Counted from the first letter of the stretch, positions 1-12,984 are shown. The stretch: 64,000 nt of DNA from Tubulanus polymorphus (GCF_964204645.1 NW_027437454.1:1-64000), one strand, 5' to 3'. A program made the numbers and translations. Notes: generated from the sequence alone by a model not told the origin.

Positions 1-427
1 CTCGCTTTTTGCAAATTCAAAAGATCAAAAACGAAATTCAGCGGGAAAGATTCAATAGAGGAAGCAGTTCGAATTGTATAAACTGATCCCTGTGTAGAAA
101 GCGGTGTAAACATTGCAATATGGTTTTTCTGTTGTCGGTCTACGTGTCGGCTTGTCGACCGGCGTCTTGTGCTTGTCGTCTGCGTTTTGATTGATATCGC
201 CGGTAGCGCCGAACTCCCGATTCCTGCCTGTCTGTCTGTCTGGTCTATCGGAAATCAAACATCCCTCAAGATTCAATAAACCTCGATTCTGTTGACAGAT
301 CTATTGTGTGCGCGCATCGATACATCGAACACTGTGTCACTATGTATAATACGCACTACTTTTTATTGGCAATATCCCCCGTTCATCAGAAATTGACAGC
401 TTTCACTCCTACTCGCCTCCTCCCCAA

Positions 428-695
428 TGATGATGTCATAGGGGGATTTATGGAGGCGGACATCTTTTCTGAACCTGTCTGTATATCAAATCACTAGTAG
501 ACAATTTGATGATGTCATAGGGGGATTTATGGAGGCGGGCATGTTTTCTGGAAGCGCCTATGAAATCGCTTGCGGATAATTTGATGATGTCATAGGGGGA
601 TTTCTACAGGAAGCCATCTTTTCTCGGAATGTCTATACATTTTACCACGACTAGGCGCTTAATGATGTCATAGGGGGATTTGCAGAAGCAGACAA
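428..695 (+). repeat. ~79-bp repeat family (GATGATGTCATAGGGGGATTTATGGAGGCAGACATC...) cluster
   Basis: 4 tandem units. Confidence 0.9.
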
Positions 696-1794
696 CATTG
701 ATATTATTGATATCTCATCATTTTTACTGGAGTGATTCTTGTCGATGTCCGATCATACTCATGACGTCACCGTACGGATGTGACCGTACCGTTTCTAAAC
801 GAGCGCCGAGCTTAGCTCCGTCGACGACAGCTCAACCGGGGCGCCGGAAATAGCGAATACTTTTCCTGAGTGTCCGATAAGTATTTTCTCTGATGTCTAA
901 CGCCATTTCGCCGTCTGCCGAGAGCGGTCATCCATCGCTCTGCGCGACGGAGGAAAAAAATCGCTAATAGCTTCGGGGGCCGAAATAGATTGCGAAGTAA
1001 TAATGAATTATTATCAGAGCTAAGTAGCTCTAGAGATGACTATAAATATGATGGATAATTAGAAATTGTTACTATTGGCGACTGGATCCGATGGGCCGAA
1101 CTGGCGATCGACGCCAGGATGAGAGCGCGAATGAAGCATCGTCGAGTTGTGGATGATAGAACTTCTGTCTTATCCGTTCAGTTCGATAGTCATTTAAGTA
1201 GTATTGAGGGGATGGGTCAAGAGCGATGCGTAGTTTGTAATGAAACGATAGTGACAGAGTTAAAAATATCAGCTTACCATGGCTGAAATGCCAGCAGCAT
1301 AGGCCATAAGTAATAATGCCATAGATGAAGATTCATGAACCAAAAATGCCATGTGAGTAAGTAAAAATGCTTTAAGTTCATTGTGAATCGCGACGGAGCC
1401 CACGAAATCACGTCACGAACACGTAGATTTAGTTTTTTATCATCGTCGTAAAAAGTATCGACCGTGAACAGGATATTTTGCCCTGTATATTTTGATCTGT
1501 TTAAGCGCAACAAAATGGCGAAATGTCAAACGGCTCTCGACACCACGCACCTGAAGTGTTGAGGCCATCGAGCGAACGGTTGTCGGAATTCTATATTCAT
1601 ATCGCGGAATGACGAATACAGCGAGAGACCTAGAGTTTCTTGGCGCGCGTTTTTGCGAAGGGTGAATTCTCTTCTAGGAATTCGTCGAAATTCGAGGAAT
1701 CATTGAATATCTGTTGGGGGTGGATGCGTAGACGCTATTGTTCAATTTGATTCTCGATTCAAAACCAGGTTTTTTTCATAGATCCACTGACTGG

Positions 1795-2276
1795 AACTTA
1801 TTAGACTCTTAACCCAGTTCTACAGTTGTGTGGGTTTAATTTGACTCTGGACTCAGTTCCACAGTTGTGTGGGTTTTATTTGACTCTGGACTCAGTTCCA
1901 CAGTTGTGTGGGTTTAATTTGACTCTGAACTCAGTTCCACAGTTGTGTAGGTTCAATTAGACTCTGAACCCAGTTCCACAGTTGTGTGAGTTCAATTTGA
2001 CTCTGAACCCAGTCCTATACGTGTGGGTTTAATTAGACTCTGGATCCAGTTCCACAGTTGTGTGTGTTTAATTGAACTCTGAACCCAGTTCCACAGTAGT
2101 GTGGGTTCAATTTGACTCTGAACCCAGTTCCACAGTTGTGTGTGTTCAATTTAAACTCTGAACCTAGTTCCACAGTTGTGTTGGGTTTAATTTGACTCTG
2201 AACCCAGTTCCACAGTTGTGTGTGTTCAATTTGACTCTTAAACCCTGTTCCACAGTTGTGTGTATTTAGTTTGACT
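1795..2276 (+). repeat. 39-bp minisatellite array (CCAGTTCCACAGTTGTGTGGGTTTAATTTGACTCTGAAC), ~12 copies
   Basis: Direct tandem periodicity of 39 bp. Confidence 0.95.
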
Positions 2277-3874
2277 TATTTGTTCTATACTTATGAAATG
2301 TTTCAATAGATTCTAAACCGCGTCAAATGAAAAAAAAACAAACGATGCACACGTGACCTAAATAACATTTCGACCCCGATGTTATACTTTTGATCAATTA
2401 CTAATGAGGTCTTTTTCAAAGAACCGCATCTTCCCCGGCTTCAACGACAACAAGAGATAGAACTCATCTTTCAAACCATTGCACTTTTCTTCTTCCCCTT
2501 AGTTTGCCAATCAAACAATCCCTCCTTTATTCGTTCCCTCTTTTATTTCTACGCGTTGTTCGTCCGTAGCCGCGGATTAGTGACGCCCGAATTTAAACCT
2601 CAACGGCTCTGATGTTTTAAATCCGGGCACTCGCCGGAACTACGTCATCTCGGCAGACGACGAATGACGTTATTTATCCCGGTGAAAAAAACCGATTTCT
2701 ACCTAAGCTGCACTGACAACCGACTTTGACCCAGAGACATTTTATATCGTTCTAAATCATCGTTTGCTATGATACCTAGTGTTTAGGGTGGATCGCATCG
2801 TTTTGTTTTCATTAGTTTTATCCACATGTGATCACAATAATGACGGCCCGTTATGAGATATTCAACAACAGAAATTCCTTTCTGCTACTCTTACCCACCC
2901 TCTCTCTCTCACTCCTTCTCTCTCCTCCATCTCTGCTCCCTAAAATTTCCCTCTTCTTTCTCTCTACCTCTGTCTTCATTCGTTCTCCCCTCTCTCTCTC
3001 TCACTGGCTGCCCCCCTCATTACTACACTCACAAACTCTCTCCTATCTTCCTCGTCTCCTTGTCTGCTTCACCCTCTTAACTAAAAAATCCTTCCTCCCT
3101 TCCTTCCTTCCTCCCTCCCTCCCTCCCTATCCCTCCCTCCATCCATCCATTTCTCCCTCCCTCCCTCTTTCCCTCCCTATCTCCCTCCCTTCCTCTCTGA
3201 CTATTTATCTTGCACCCACATTCCGTCTATATTTCGTACTCACTGACACTCTCCCTCCCTCTCCCCTTTCTCTCTCTCTCCCTCTCCCCTTTCTCTCTCC
3301 CTCTCCCCTTTCTCTCTCTCTCTCCCTCTCTTTTTAAATCAGCCTCTAGTGATTCCTCTTGACCGTCGTCATCATCTTCTCACTTCCGCATCGAACTTCA
3401 CTCATGAATCAGTACGAAGAGAAGAACCCGACGCCAGCGACGAAAGAGAGAGAGAATGAGGCGCTCTCTACTTTCAATGGCACCTTCAGAAAATCAGAGC
3501 CTTCAGCTAAAAGTCAACAAACGCCAGATAAAAACCATCTCTCAATTATTATCAGTATGATGTCACTGCGCCGCTCGCGCGAACCGTGTGAGCCTCAATC
3601 ATCGCGTAGGTACACGCTGTTGTTAATAATAACGGGTGTTGTTTGGCCCGAGGCGGTTGTCAAGTAGCGCGGCGTACTGATCTCCTAGTGAGAGAGAGAG
3701 AGAGGGATTGTTGGACTCGGATACGGCAGATGAAACTGTCGATTGTGATATCTGAAGAGATCGTTTTTTTCAGTGCCGCCAAGTCTCCCATCTCAACCGC
3801 TCAAGACTTTTCCATTGAAAAAACTTCGGAAAATCATTTTTCTTATCGTTCTCAAGAAAGCAGGCTTCACCAAG

Positions 3875-4052
3875 AGGTTGCCACTCTTGTCGCTAGAGGG
3901 CGTTGAATGTCGCCCTGCTGAATATTCATTTCTAGTCACTAGAGGGCACACGCTTCAAGTTGTCAATCCATGTCTCACTGTAAGTAATCAGTCACTAGGG
4001 GGCGCTAACATCGCGCTCCGAGTTGCCAATTCCAGTCACTAGGGGTCGCTAA
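3875..4052 (+). promoter_or_regulatory. Cluster of four co-oriented CTCF-like motifs
   Basis: TCGCTAGAGGGCGT (3890), TCACTAGAGGGCAC (3936), TCACTAGGGGGCGC (3992) and TCACTAGGGGTCGC (4036), compared with consensus CCASYAGRKGGCRS. Confidence 0.55.
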
Positions 4053-4978
4053 CTGTTGCAACAGTGAAAGAAGGTTTCACGCAGTCTTCAGTTGAGATCC
4101 GTAATGGCACAATCTACAGGCGCGCCTCCTGGTGACAGAATAGTCGGAATGAACAATTGAATAAGATCCATTAGGAACGATTGCCACCTCTCGACTTTCA
4201 TCGGCGCTGAATCGATGCAGCTGACACGTTTTTGACAGAACCTCGAATAAAAAAAAAAACATTGAAAAAACAGATGATGAGCCGAACAGAGCGTGGCGGC
4301 GGCGGTGGCCACAGGTGACGAATATCGCGTGACTCGAAACTCGTTACGTGGCCACCGTAACTGGCACCTGCAGCCCGCGTATCACGTGTCACGTATCGGT
4401 CAGCGGAACAATCGGCGCCGTTGAGAATACACAATATACGGATACTAATCAACATCAGACGGATCCGCTGTTCATTAGTTCCGTTGTTACTTAGCGAGAC
4501 TCGTAATTTATAAATCCCTGGCTATGAGAATGAACTCGGGCTATATGAGTTCGAGGTTTCGACTGTAAACGCAGTCTCAAATGTTTTGTGACTTTCTCAA
4601 AATGTATCAAAAATTTAACTAATTTTTAGTTCATAAGTCCTCAAATATTCATAAATGCACAGTTAAAAATTGTTGAAACATGTCGACTCTGCCGTAAAAT
4701 CAACCTATTAACAGTCCGCAATTTGGGAAAATATCGGGCTTTAGAGAACATAATGCCCCCGAGGTCTTCACATTTACAGAAAAGATTACGTAAGTGATTC
4801 ACGCGCAGCGCGCGATAGGCGCACAATAGAAATCTGAGCCGCGCGTTCTTTGAGTGTCACCAATTCGGGCTATATAAGTTCGAGGTTTCGACTGTTATCC
4901 GCATTTCCTAGTTTATGGTATCTAACATCGCATGAAGAGTCTGGATTGTGTACTATGTATCCCGGTTTTTCGTTAAAG

Positions 4979-5045
4979 AACTAGTAATTCTGAAGATCCG
5001 ACTGTCGGAATAAAGTCGAAACGTTAAATAAATAAACCACTTATT
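4979..5045 (+). repeat. Degenerate solo copy of the hammerhead repeat
   Basis: CTGAAGA(4990)..GACT..AGTC-GAAACGTT..AATAAACCACT; stem I is weak. Confidence 0.5.
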
Positions 5046-5379
5046 CGGGAACTGTAATAAACTCGAATAAATGTCATTATATCATTTGATGATTTTGTCA
5101 TTGTATATTCCTCTCTACTCTAATCTCAGGTCATACACAACCTAGTGCGTGTGCGTGGTGCGTGGTGCGTGAATATGTCAGACCGGCGCTAAATATATCT
5201 ATATCTAAATTTGCCATCTAAATCATGCACGTAGATATCTCGATACGATCTCAATTTGATCGCAGCCGGTTCCACGAAATTCTTATCTCCGAATCACCGT
5301 TATCATTAAGGCCTTGACCTCTGCCAGTCGCATGTTGACCTCATCGAACTTCCTACAAGTGATTTGAACTTCAAGATCC

Positions 5380-5760
5380 AAATCCCCTAATGACATCATC
5401 AATGTTTCTACTAGGATCTAAAAACCTTCCATAAATCTCCGGCATCATAAAGTTACTTACTATCTTTATCTAGACACTTCCAGATAATATGCCAGTATCC
5501 ACAAATCTCCTTATGACATCATCAAATTATCTAGCAGTGATTTGATCTATAGACACTTCTAGAAAACATGTCTGCCTCCATAAATCCCCCTATAACGTCA
5601 TCAAGTTGTCAACTAGTATTTTAATCCATTGACACTTCTAGAAACGATACTTCCACGAATCCACCTATGACATCATCTAAATCATCGATCAGTAATTCAA
5701 TATAAAAACCCTTCCAATGAAGTTGGCTATCTCTATCTAATGCCCCCTATGACATCACCA
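5380..5760 (-). repeat. ~79-bp repeat cluster
   Basis: CCCCTATGACATCATC cores. Confidence 0.85.
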
Positions 5761-6440
5761 TTCAGCGGCGCCTTGATTGGCCCGACACTACACGATCATT
5801 ATCAGAGACAGCGAGATGCAATTTAGTTTTGCGTCCAATTTAAATAATTAGCTGTATCAGATTGATTTGACCAGGTGACCGCTGCGACCGCTACATCATT
5901 ATAGACTAATAGATATCGGAATTTTATACCAGGGCGGACACGATTTGATATCCCAGTGTCTGAACTCACGATCGTCAGGCATAGATAATGTATTTCTAAC
6001 CTACGTGCGCACGGACTCCGGTACCGATCATTGTTGGAGTTAAACCTGTCATCGATTTGTAATGTCAACTCCTCGCTCTTATCATTTAGAAATGTTGCCT
6101 CCGTAGATCACCTTAGGACGATTGTCTGAAGGTTTGGTCAATCTGCAGATCTTTCGAGTAAAAAATATCCGCTCGCTTAGAATCTCGGTAACGCCGTTCC
6201 GGGGATAGGTAATTCCGCTTGTGGCAAGTGAAGATCCTCTAGGTGTCACTAGCGTGCGGTAGTAGGACATCGAAGTAAGGTTCAACCAGGTGTCGCTGGT
6301 CGTCATTCGGTCTTCCGCGTTCGATTTCTTTTCGATTTTAATCAAAATCGAATCAACTTTAAGTAAATCAATTATCGATGCAGATCCTGCCTAACACCGA
6401 AAGAAGAAATATTGTAACTGGTCATTAAATCGCGCAACGA

Positions 6441-6790
6441 ATGCGAATACTAATATTTATTACACTCCAACCATTCCCGTGGTATATGGAGGAAAAAAAA
6501 CAGTATTTACAATTATTTACAAAAACAGTAGATAAAAGCACTTTGAAACAAAACAAACGTTATTTACAACATACTATTTACACACACTAACGGATGGATC
6601 TATATACATCTAGACCTAATTTGTTAAATTTGGCAAGTTTAAAGGTTGGATTTATTAAAACATCAAGATTCCGAAAGGTATTAGAATTTAGGTAGCTTTC
6701 ACGGAATACGGTAAGTAATTTACAGTCAAAAATGAAATGTAGTTCGTCGCCTAAAACGTTACGGGTGGGACATAATCTATCGACTTTTAG
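6441..6790 (-). mobile_element. 5'-truncated LINE 3' end (ORF2 C-terminal Cys/His remnant plus 3' UTR)
   Basis: Minus-strand translation RLCPTRNVLGDELHFIFDC resembles the C-terminal CCHC motif of CR1/L2-group ORF2. It is followed by a UTR ending AATAAA plus a short-repeat tail. Near-identical copy at ~32175-32421. Confidence 0.7.
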
Positions 6791-7619
6791 TCGCGCCATC
6801 TGGCGACACATTCGATATTACGCACGTTTTCCCGAATACGTTTAATCAATATTTGCGTATATGCAAATTTCAAGAGATTGATGTATTTGTTTATGACCCC
6901 CGGTATTCCGCGACTGCCAATAAACTCTTCGCTATCTTTATCGCCGTTTCATCGGAAAACCAAACTCTCAACGCGTACTAATACACACGGGCACCGATAG
7001 GTTAAAGAGGCGATTTGTTTCACACGCGCGCAGAGCGCGTCTAAAGTAGTTCGAATTTTACGACGTTGATATACGCCGGTTTACGGCAGCTCGGTGGTCG
7101 TAACTATTGATTTAGTAACCGGATATTGGCGGGCGAGTAAGCGGCTGGCTAAATTGATTTGTTTATGCCCGAAAATACGTCGGTTAACCGGCGAATTTAT
7201 TTCATAGTGAAGGCCCGCACTAAATCAGTCAGGTACGACATAAAGCACGGCGGTTTTATATTCTCGCCGTTAACGCGATTTAACGAGTGTACGCGCGAGA
7301 TCTCTCGCCGATTCGGTTACGGGCGACGGTTGAATTTGAATTTTTGAATTTTATCCTCCGTTTTATAGAACGAAGTCGCGTTCCGGCTTCGGAAATTAAT
7401 TCTTTTCGCTTCGTTTACGACGACGATGACGTCGAGACGCGATTTAAATTTCGTAATTTACACGGTTTAACGGTTTTAACGGCTTTTCGCTGTTTCTTAT
7501 AGGGGAGTCGGAAAAAAGGCGCCGTATACTCCTAATTCGTCGAACGTGATTACAATGAATATCTCACACTAAAATCAGATTATTAGATAATTCGAAGGGG
7601 GATAGCGGGGTGGCCTGGT

Positions 7620-8127
7620 GGCGGGGAGCAGAGACAGGAAGGGGAGAGAGGGAGGTGGGGAGGTGAGAGACGGAGATTGGGAGGTGAGAGGGCAGAGAGT
7701 GGGAAGAGGAGGAGAGTGAAGGGAAGACGAGTAAGAGAGGGAAAGAGAGAGTGGATGGGGAGGTGAGTGGGGAGAGAGAGTGGATGGGGAGGTGAGAAGA
7801 GGGAGATTGGATGGGGAGGTGAGTGGGGAGAGAGAGTGGATAAGGGGATGTGAGGAGAGAGAGCGTGGATGGGGAGGTGAGAGGAGAGAGAGAGTGGGTG
7901 GGGAGGTGAGAGGAGGGAGAGTGGATGGGGAGGTGAGAGGAGGGAGAGTGGATGGGGAGGTGAGAGGAGGGAGAGTGGATGGGGAGGTGAGAGGAGAGAG
8001 AGAGTGGGTGGGGAGGTGAGAGGAGGGAGAGTGGATGGGGAGGTGAGAGGAGAGAGAGAGTGGGTGGGGAGGTGAGAGGAGGGAGAGTGGATGGGGAGGT
8101 GAGAGGAGGGAGAGTGGATGGGGAGAG
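7620..8127. repeat. G/A-rich minisatellite (~27-bp GGGAGAGTGGATGGGGAGGTGAGAGGA)
   Basis: Visible directly. Confidence 0.9.
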
Positions 8128-9297
8128 TTCAATCGGTTCTGTTTTTCTGTTTGCTGTTTCCTGATGTAATCACGTTTCATGTTTTGCGCACGGTTTCTGT
8201 TGTTTGAGGAAGTTTTCAATCGGAAATTGAATAAATCGACAGCAGACGCGTATAAACACCGTCATTATCGGAGAAACACTCGAACGGCTGGTTCCGAGTG
8301 GTTGGCTCCGAGTGTGAAAAATAATGAGCGGGAAGTTAGTTTTATTTCAGCGATTAAAAACCAAGACCATGCAGTATAAGTTCATTTGAAATAAAAACGA
8401 AGTAACCCTTTTGGATTCGCCGACTTAAAAAAGTTCGAAAATACGATCATCGATATTCTGACGAACCCGAATATTTGCATTATGTGAACTAGTAACCGAC
8501 GACGGTTTCGTTTTTGAAAATTTTCCTCAAAAACGAATTGTACAATAGGCTTTTCTCAGAAAATTGTTCGAATTCTGATCGATACATACTCGCAGCCTCC
8601 GAACTTCTACGTTTTCCGAGCGTCCGTTGTTAGATAGATCGATTTCCTCGTCGGAGCCATCCTCCTTTCGAACGGATGAAAAAGAAGCCATCCGATCGCA
8701 GACGAGACTCGCGCGAGCGCGCATGTGCGCGTAGAGAGAGAGAGAGATCGTGAAAATGGTATTTGAAAGGAAAAAATATGCGACGGAAAAATCTTTTCAT
8801 GTTTTGTCTGATGCGGGATGCGCACGGGGTGGATTGAAATACGAGACAAATTCGATGTAAAACAACTGAAGCCTTTTTATTGAGTTTGTTAGTAATAAGC
8901 TGGGGTTTCCTGCATGTCTGCGATGAATTATCGTGAATCTGGTATTATTGCGGTGTAGAAATGGAGAGAAGGGATTGCGGGAGAGAATGGGAGAGGGAGG
9001 GATGGACCTATAAGGGTAGCGAGGAGATGGACAGGGGAGAGGAGAGAGGAAGAGAGGGAGAGATAAGATCATAGAGAGAGAGGGGAGGGGGAGAGGGGAG
9101 GAGAAGGCGAGGGAGAGAAAGGGGCAGAGAGGAAGGAAAGGGCGAGGGAGAGAGATGGGGAGAGAGGAAAGGAGAGGGCGAGGGAGAGAAAGGGGGAGAG
9201 AGGAAGGAAAGGGCGAGGGAGAGAGAGGGGGAGAGAGGAAAGGAGAGGGCGAGGTAGAGAGAGGGGAGAGAGGGAAGGAGAAGGTGAGGGAGTGGTG

Positions 9298-9410
9298 GTT
9301 GTGAGTTAGAGTTAACTCTGAACTCAGGATCCAGTTCCACAGTTGTGAATTAGAGTTAACTGTGAACTCAGGATCCAGTTCCACAGTTGTGAATTAGAGT
9401 CAACTCTTGA
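9298..9410 (+). repeat. 44-bp variant repeat sharing the CCAGTTCCACAGTTGTG core
   Basis: 2.5 units; reverse copy at ~29930-30092. Confidence 0.8.
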
Positions 9411-9818
9411 GTCAGAATCAGCTCATCATCAATGAATTAGACTTGTAGCTCATATTGAACTTTAAATCAATAACTGAAATCAGAGCTAAACGTCATAGCA
9501 ACTATATGCATCCATTTCATCCTGAACTGCCTATCGTAAAACTGACCTTTTAAATGATTAACTATCCGATATTTCCTATGACATATGATCTCATTGTCTA
9601 CAGATAACAATGATGTTATACAACCGGTCGGTCCGTCAATCATAACGACATCGATGTCAGGTTAATTAGGGGACCGTATTCTCGGAATAATGGTCGTTTC
9701 ATTTAGTATTCATGCGTTTAGCGGCCGCCTGCGTTGCCGGGCAAATATACAGTAAACGTCAAATCAACATTGAACTCGAAATCTTTCCACGAAAAATATG
9801 CATAATGTATTATCCTGA

Positions 9819-10256
9819 GGGCTGGGTTTCATAGACGTGGAAGAAAAATAGTCCCTGGGAACATTTTGAAATTTGTCAATTATAACCATGGTTTCTCATT
9901 GTAACTATGGTGGTTATCACCCAGATTGAGGATTTACCCCTAGGGATAACTTTGATACCCAGTCTATGAAACCAGGTCCAGGTTAAGGATTTATCCCTAG
10001 GGATAACTTTGATACCCAGTCTATAAAACCAGGTCCAGGTTAAGGATTTACCCCTAGGGATAACTTTGATACCCAGTCTATAAAACCAGGTCCAGGTTAT
10101 TTACCCCTAGGGATAACTTTGATACCCAGTCTATGAAACCGGGCCCAGGTTAAGGATTTATCCCTAGGGATAACTTTGATACCCAGTCTATAAAACCAGG
10201 TCCAGGTTGTTTACCCCTAGGGATAACTTTGATACCCAGTCTATGAAACCGGGCCC
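9819..10256. mobile_element. Harbinger-like MITE with its right end tandemly amplified six times (57/53-bp units)
   Basis: Left TIR GGGCTGGGTTTCATAGAC; right TIR GTCTATRAAACCRGGYCC at 9962, 10019, 10076, 10129, 10186 and 10239. Confidence 0.7.
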
Positions 10257-10679
10257 AGGTGTCGCTGGTTCAAAGGAAACATTTTTAGACTAGATATTAT
10301 TTATCGTAATTATTGTGGGATACTCTATCTATTGAAAGGTTGAAGTATCAAATTAGTAGGTTTTTTAGATCTAGGAATATAGTATAGTAGATATTGTAGT
10401 CGCTGTTTCATCGTTAAATTCTCGTGTACAGAACTCGGCCCGCAGAGCCGCCGACACGTTATAACGTGACCTTTTGTCGTACGCGCCATAAACTGGTTTG
10501 TACCAGAACAATCAAAAACTGACCTATCCGGTCAATCTATAGATTGCGCATGAGTGACCCGTGAAAGGAGTATATCAGATCTTCTTGAGCTTGATACAAC
10601 AGAGGCTAGGGGCACATAAAATGATAACTTTACATTTTGGAGGTGCCACGACCATGATTTCCAGCCCAAACATAGACGT

Positions 10680-10885
10680 AGCTTAGACTGGTCTTAAGCT
10701 GTTAGGATTGGTTGTAGAACCAACATGAGCTCAGACTGGTCTTAAATTTTCAGATAGGCTGTAGAACCAACATGAGCTAAGACTGGCATAAAATTGTTAG
10801 ATAGGTTATTGAACTAAGATGAGCCTTGACTGATCTAAATTTGTTAGCTTGGTTACAGGACCAAAATGAGTTTAGACTGGTCGTA
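10680..10885 (-). repeat. 47-bp minisatellite (CTCATTTTGGTTCTATAACCAATCTAACAACTTAAGACCAGTCTAAG family)
   Basis: About 4.5 units. Confidence 0.85.
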
Positions 10886-10919
10886 TTTCACCAAACAGTG
10901 GTGCGGGTCAGGACGCTGC

Positions 10920-11200
10920 AATTTTTTTTTTTGATCTTAAAATAGGGATTGTCCCTGTTATTTATTTGGTTGTTAAATATCGTTTGTCCCTTACAGACCC
11001 ACCACACCTGCCGGGAGCGAAACAGGGGGTTTGATTTTGAAATCGGAAATCGAAGTACCGATATAGTTGTATGATCGGCGGTCGAGTTTACATTTTGTTT
11101 AAATCGAAGTACATAATTTGGAAATTGCGGTTCCGGTTCATTCAAACAATCTTCCAACCAGTCTGAACCGGCGAGCGACTGATTGGAATTTTTATTCAGC
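10920..11200 (+). repeat. Dispersed repeat (copies at ~20523-20710 + and ~41420-41590 -)
   Basis: Shared CACCTGCCGGGAGCGAAACAGGGGGTTTGATTTT..ATCGGAAATCGAA..GATCGGCGGT block. Confidence 0.8.
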
Positions 11201-12344
11201 GGCAGGTTCTTTTCGCTTAGAAGGTGATAAAAAGAGCTCGCATTTAGTCATAACCACCTCCTCCACTCCTAGCAGCTGAATTAATGTCATCCGACACCAG
11301 TTGAATTTTACCCAAAGGTACAGTTTTACCGGTCTGTGAAATGTGCGCGCATTTTTTTGTTTCTTAGCGATAACGGATCGGCCGGGGTGCGATGACGCAT
11401 TGCCATTTTATATACGTCGTCGAAAAAAAAAACTCTGGACCCTCGCGACCGCAAACTGCTTGAAAATTTGCCTTGTTAATTACCGCCACAGAAACTGAAT
11501 GATTTATGTTCTGAAATTCTGGCTTTCGAACAGCAGTTCGTAAATTCCACATTTCACGGAAAGTGGTGGTTACGCAGGATATAAGTTGAATGAGTGACTT
11601 ATTACGAAAGCCTCGCTGCTTGTACTTTGACCGCAATACGGGCCTGTTGTCAAGTTTATAATATTAATCTATTAGATTTTTGGACGCCTTAAAAACTTTT
11701 ACAACTGTGTTTATATACATCGATAACTAGCACGCGTTATATCAGGGGGTTATGCGTGGGTCGATGCGCACTACGTCATCGATATTGGCGTTTCGAAATA
11801 ACAATCAAAAATGTGATTTTCGGCGTTTTGTTTTGTGATTAAATATATATTTCATAATTCATATTTCAAATCCGATAAATAAATTTAGATAATTATTTAA
11901 AACAGGATGTGCACCGCGTTATCATTATATCGCGACTAGACTGGTTGCCGGTCAATTCAATTCAACCATCGATATATTGAAATCTAAATTAATTTTCATT
12001 GATTCTTGATGATATGTTATATATCGTCAAACATATAACGCAATGCATATGTGTTATTTTCCAAGGTGTAAATAAACATTCGAGTTAGGTGTCTTGTTAT
12101 ATAGAGGTTATTTATTGTATTATTTGACCTCCACGCCCTGGTGTACTGGGTTTATGGATGGATATCATGTAGTGTCGTGATTAGATTGGGCGTGTTTCGT
12201 TTATTTTGAAATCTATTATTAATTGCGAAAGACTTCAGAGAATTTGATCCGCAGTGCTCTCGACAGTCCACGTCGTTTCAAGCCTTTTAGGTGTAACCGC
12301 ACCCGAGGACGCGTGCCAGCTTTACGCAATTATTCAGAATAACT

Positions 12345-12710
12345 ATTCGATGATGTCATAGGTGGATTTATGGAGGCAGACATCGTTTTTGGAAGTGTCT
12401 ATAGATCAAATCACTAATAGACAATTCGACCATGTCATAGGGGGATTTATGGAGGCAGACATCGTTTATGGACGTTTCTATATATCAAATCACTAATAGA
12501 CAATATGATGATGTCATAGGGGGATTTATGGAGGCTGACATCTTTTCTGGAAGTGTGTATAGATCAAATCACTAGTAGACAATTTGATGATGTCATAGGG
12601 GGATTTATGGAGGCTGACATCTCTTCTAGAGGTGTTCATAGATCAAAACGCTTGCAATCTATTTGATACTAGGGGATTTATGAGCAGGTAGTTCGATGAT
12701 GTCATTAGGT
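12345..12710 (+). repeat. ~79-bp repeat cluster
   Basis: Period 79 (12507 to 12586). Confidence 0.9.
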
Positions 12711-12984
12711 GTTTTCCGTAAGGTTGTTTATAAACACTGCTCTGATGGGTATCATCTCCTCAGTGCGTGGTGTTACATATACTTGTCGTCAAACAACCGT
12801 TTAATCAGATTTCACGGTTAATCGATTCTCTTACAGGTGACTACGATTAACGAACAGTAAACACCATCCATCCGCATTCTGATCCGCATAGAATCCCTCA
12901 CAGTCATCAGTAACACATTACTGCCTCATTGGCTTCAAGTTCATTTTGGTTACGTTCTGAAATGACTTGTGGACAGTGGGCTTA

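Noticed and set aside
3773-3979. Plus-strand exon candidate (TTTTTTTCAG ... ACT|GTAAGT, open frame)
   Set aside because: The peptide has no recognisable features and overlaps the CTCF-like cluster; no independent support.
4535-4896. Two GAGGTTTCGACTGT ends resembling Tc1/pogo-type TIRs
   Set aside because: Both are in the same orientation with no matching opposite end, so an element cannot be delimited.
9941-9950. TAGGGATAAC matches the start of the I-SceI site
   Set aside because: Only 10 of 18 bp match, and it is half of a local palindrome within a MITE.
12345-12710. 79-bp repeat as a hammerhead (TTGATGA followed by a stem)
   Set aside because: Consensus has T at the C3 position and no GAAA after the stem.
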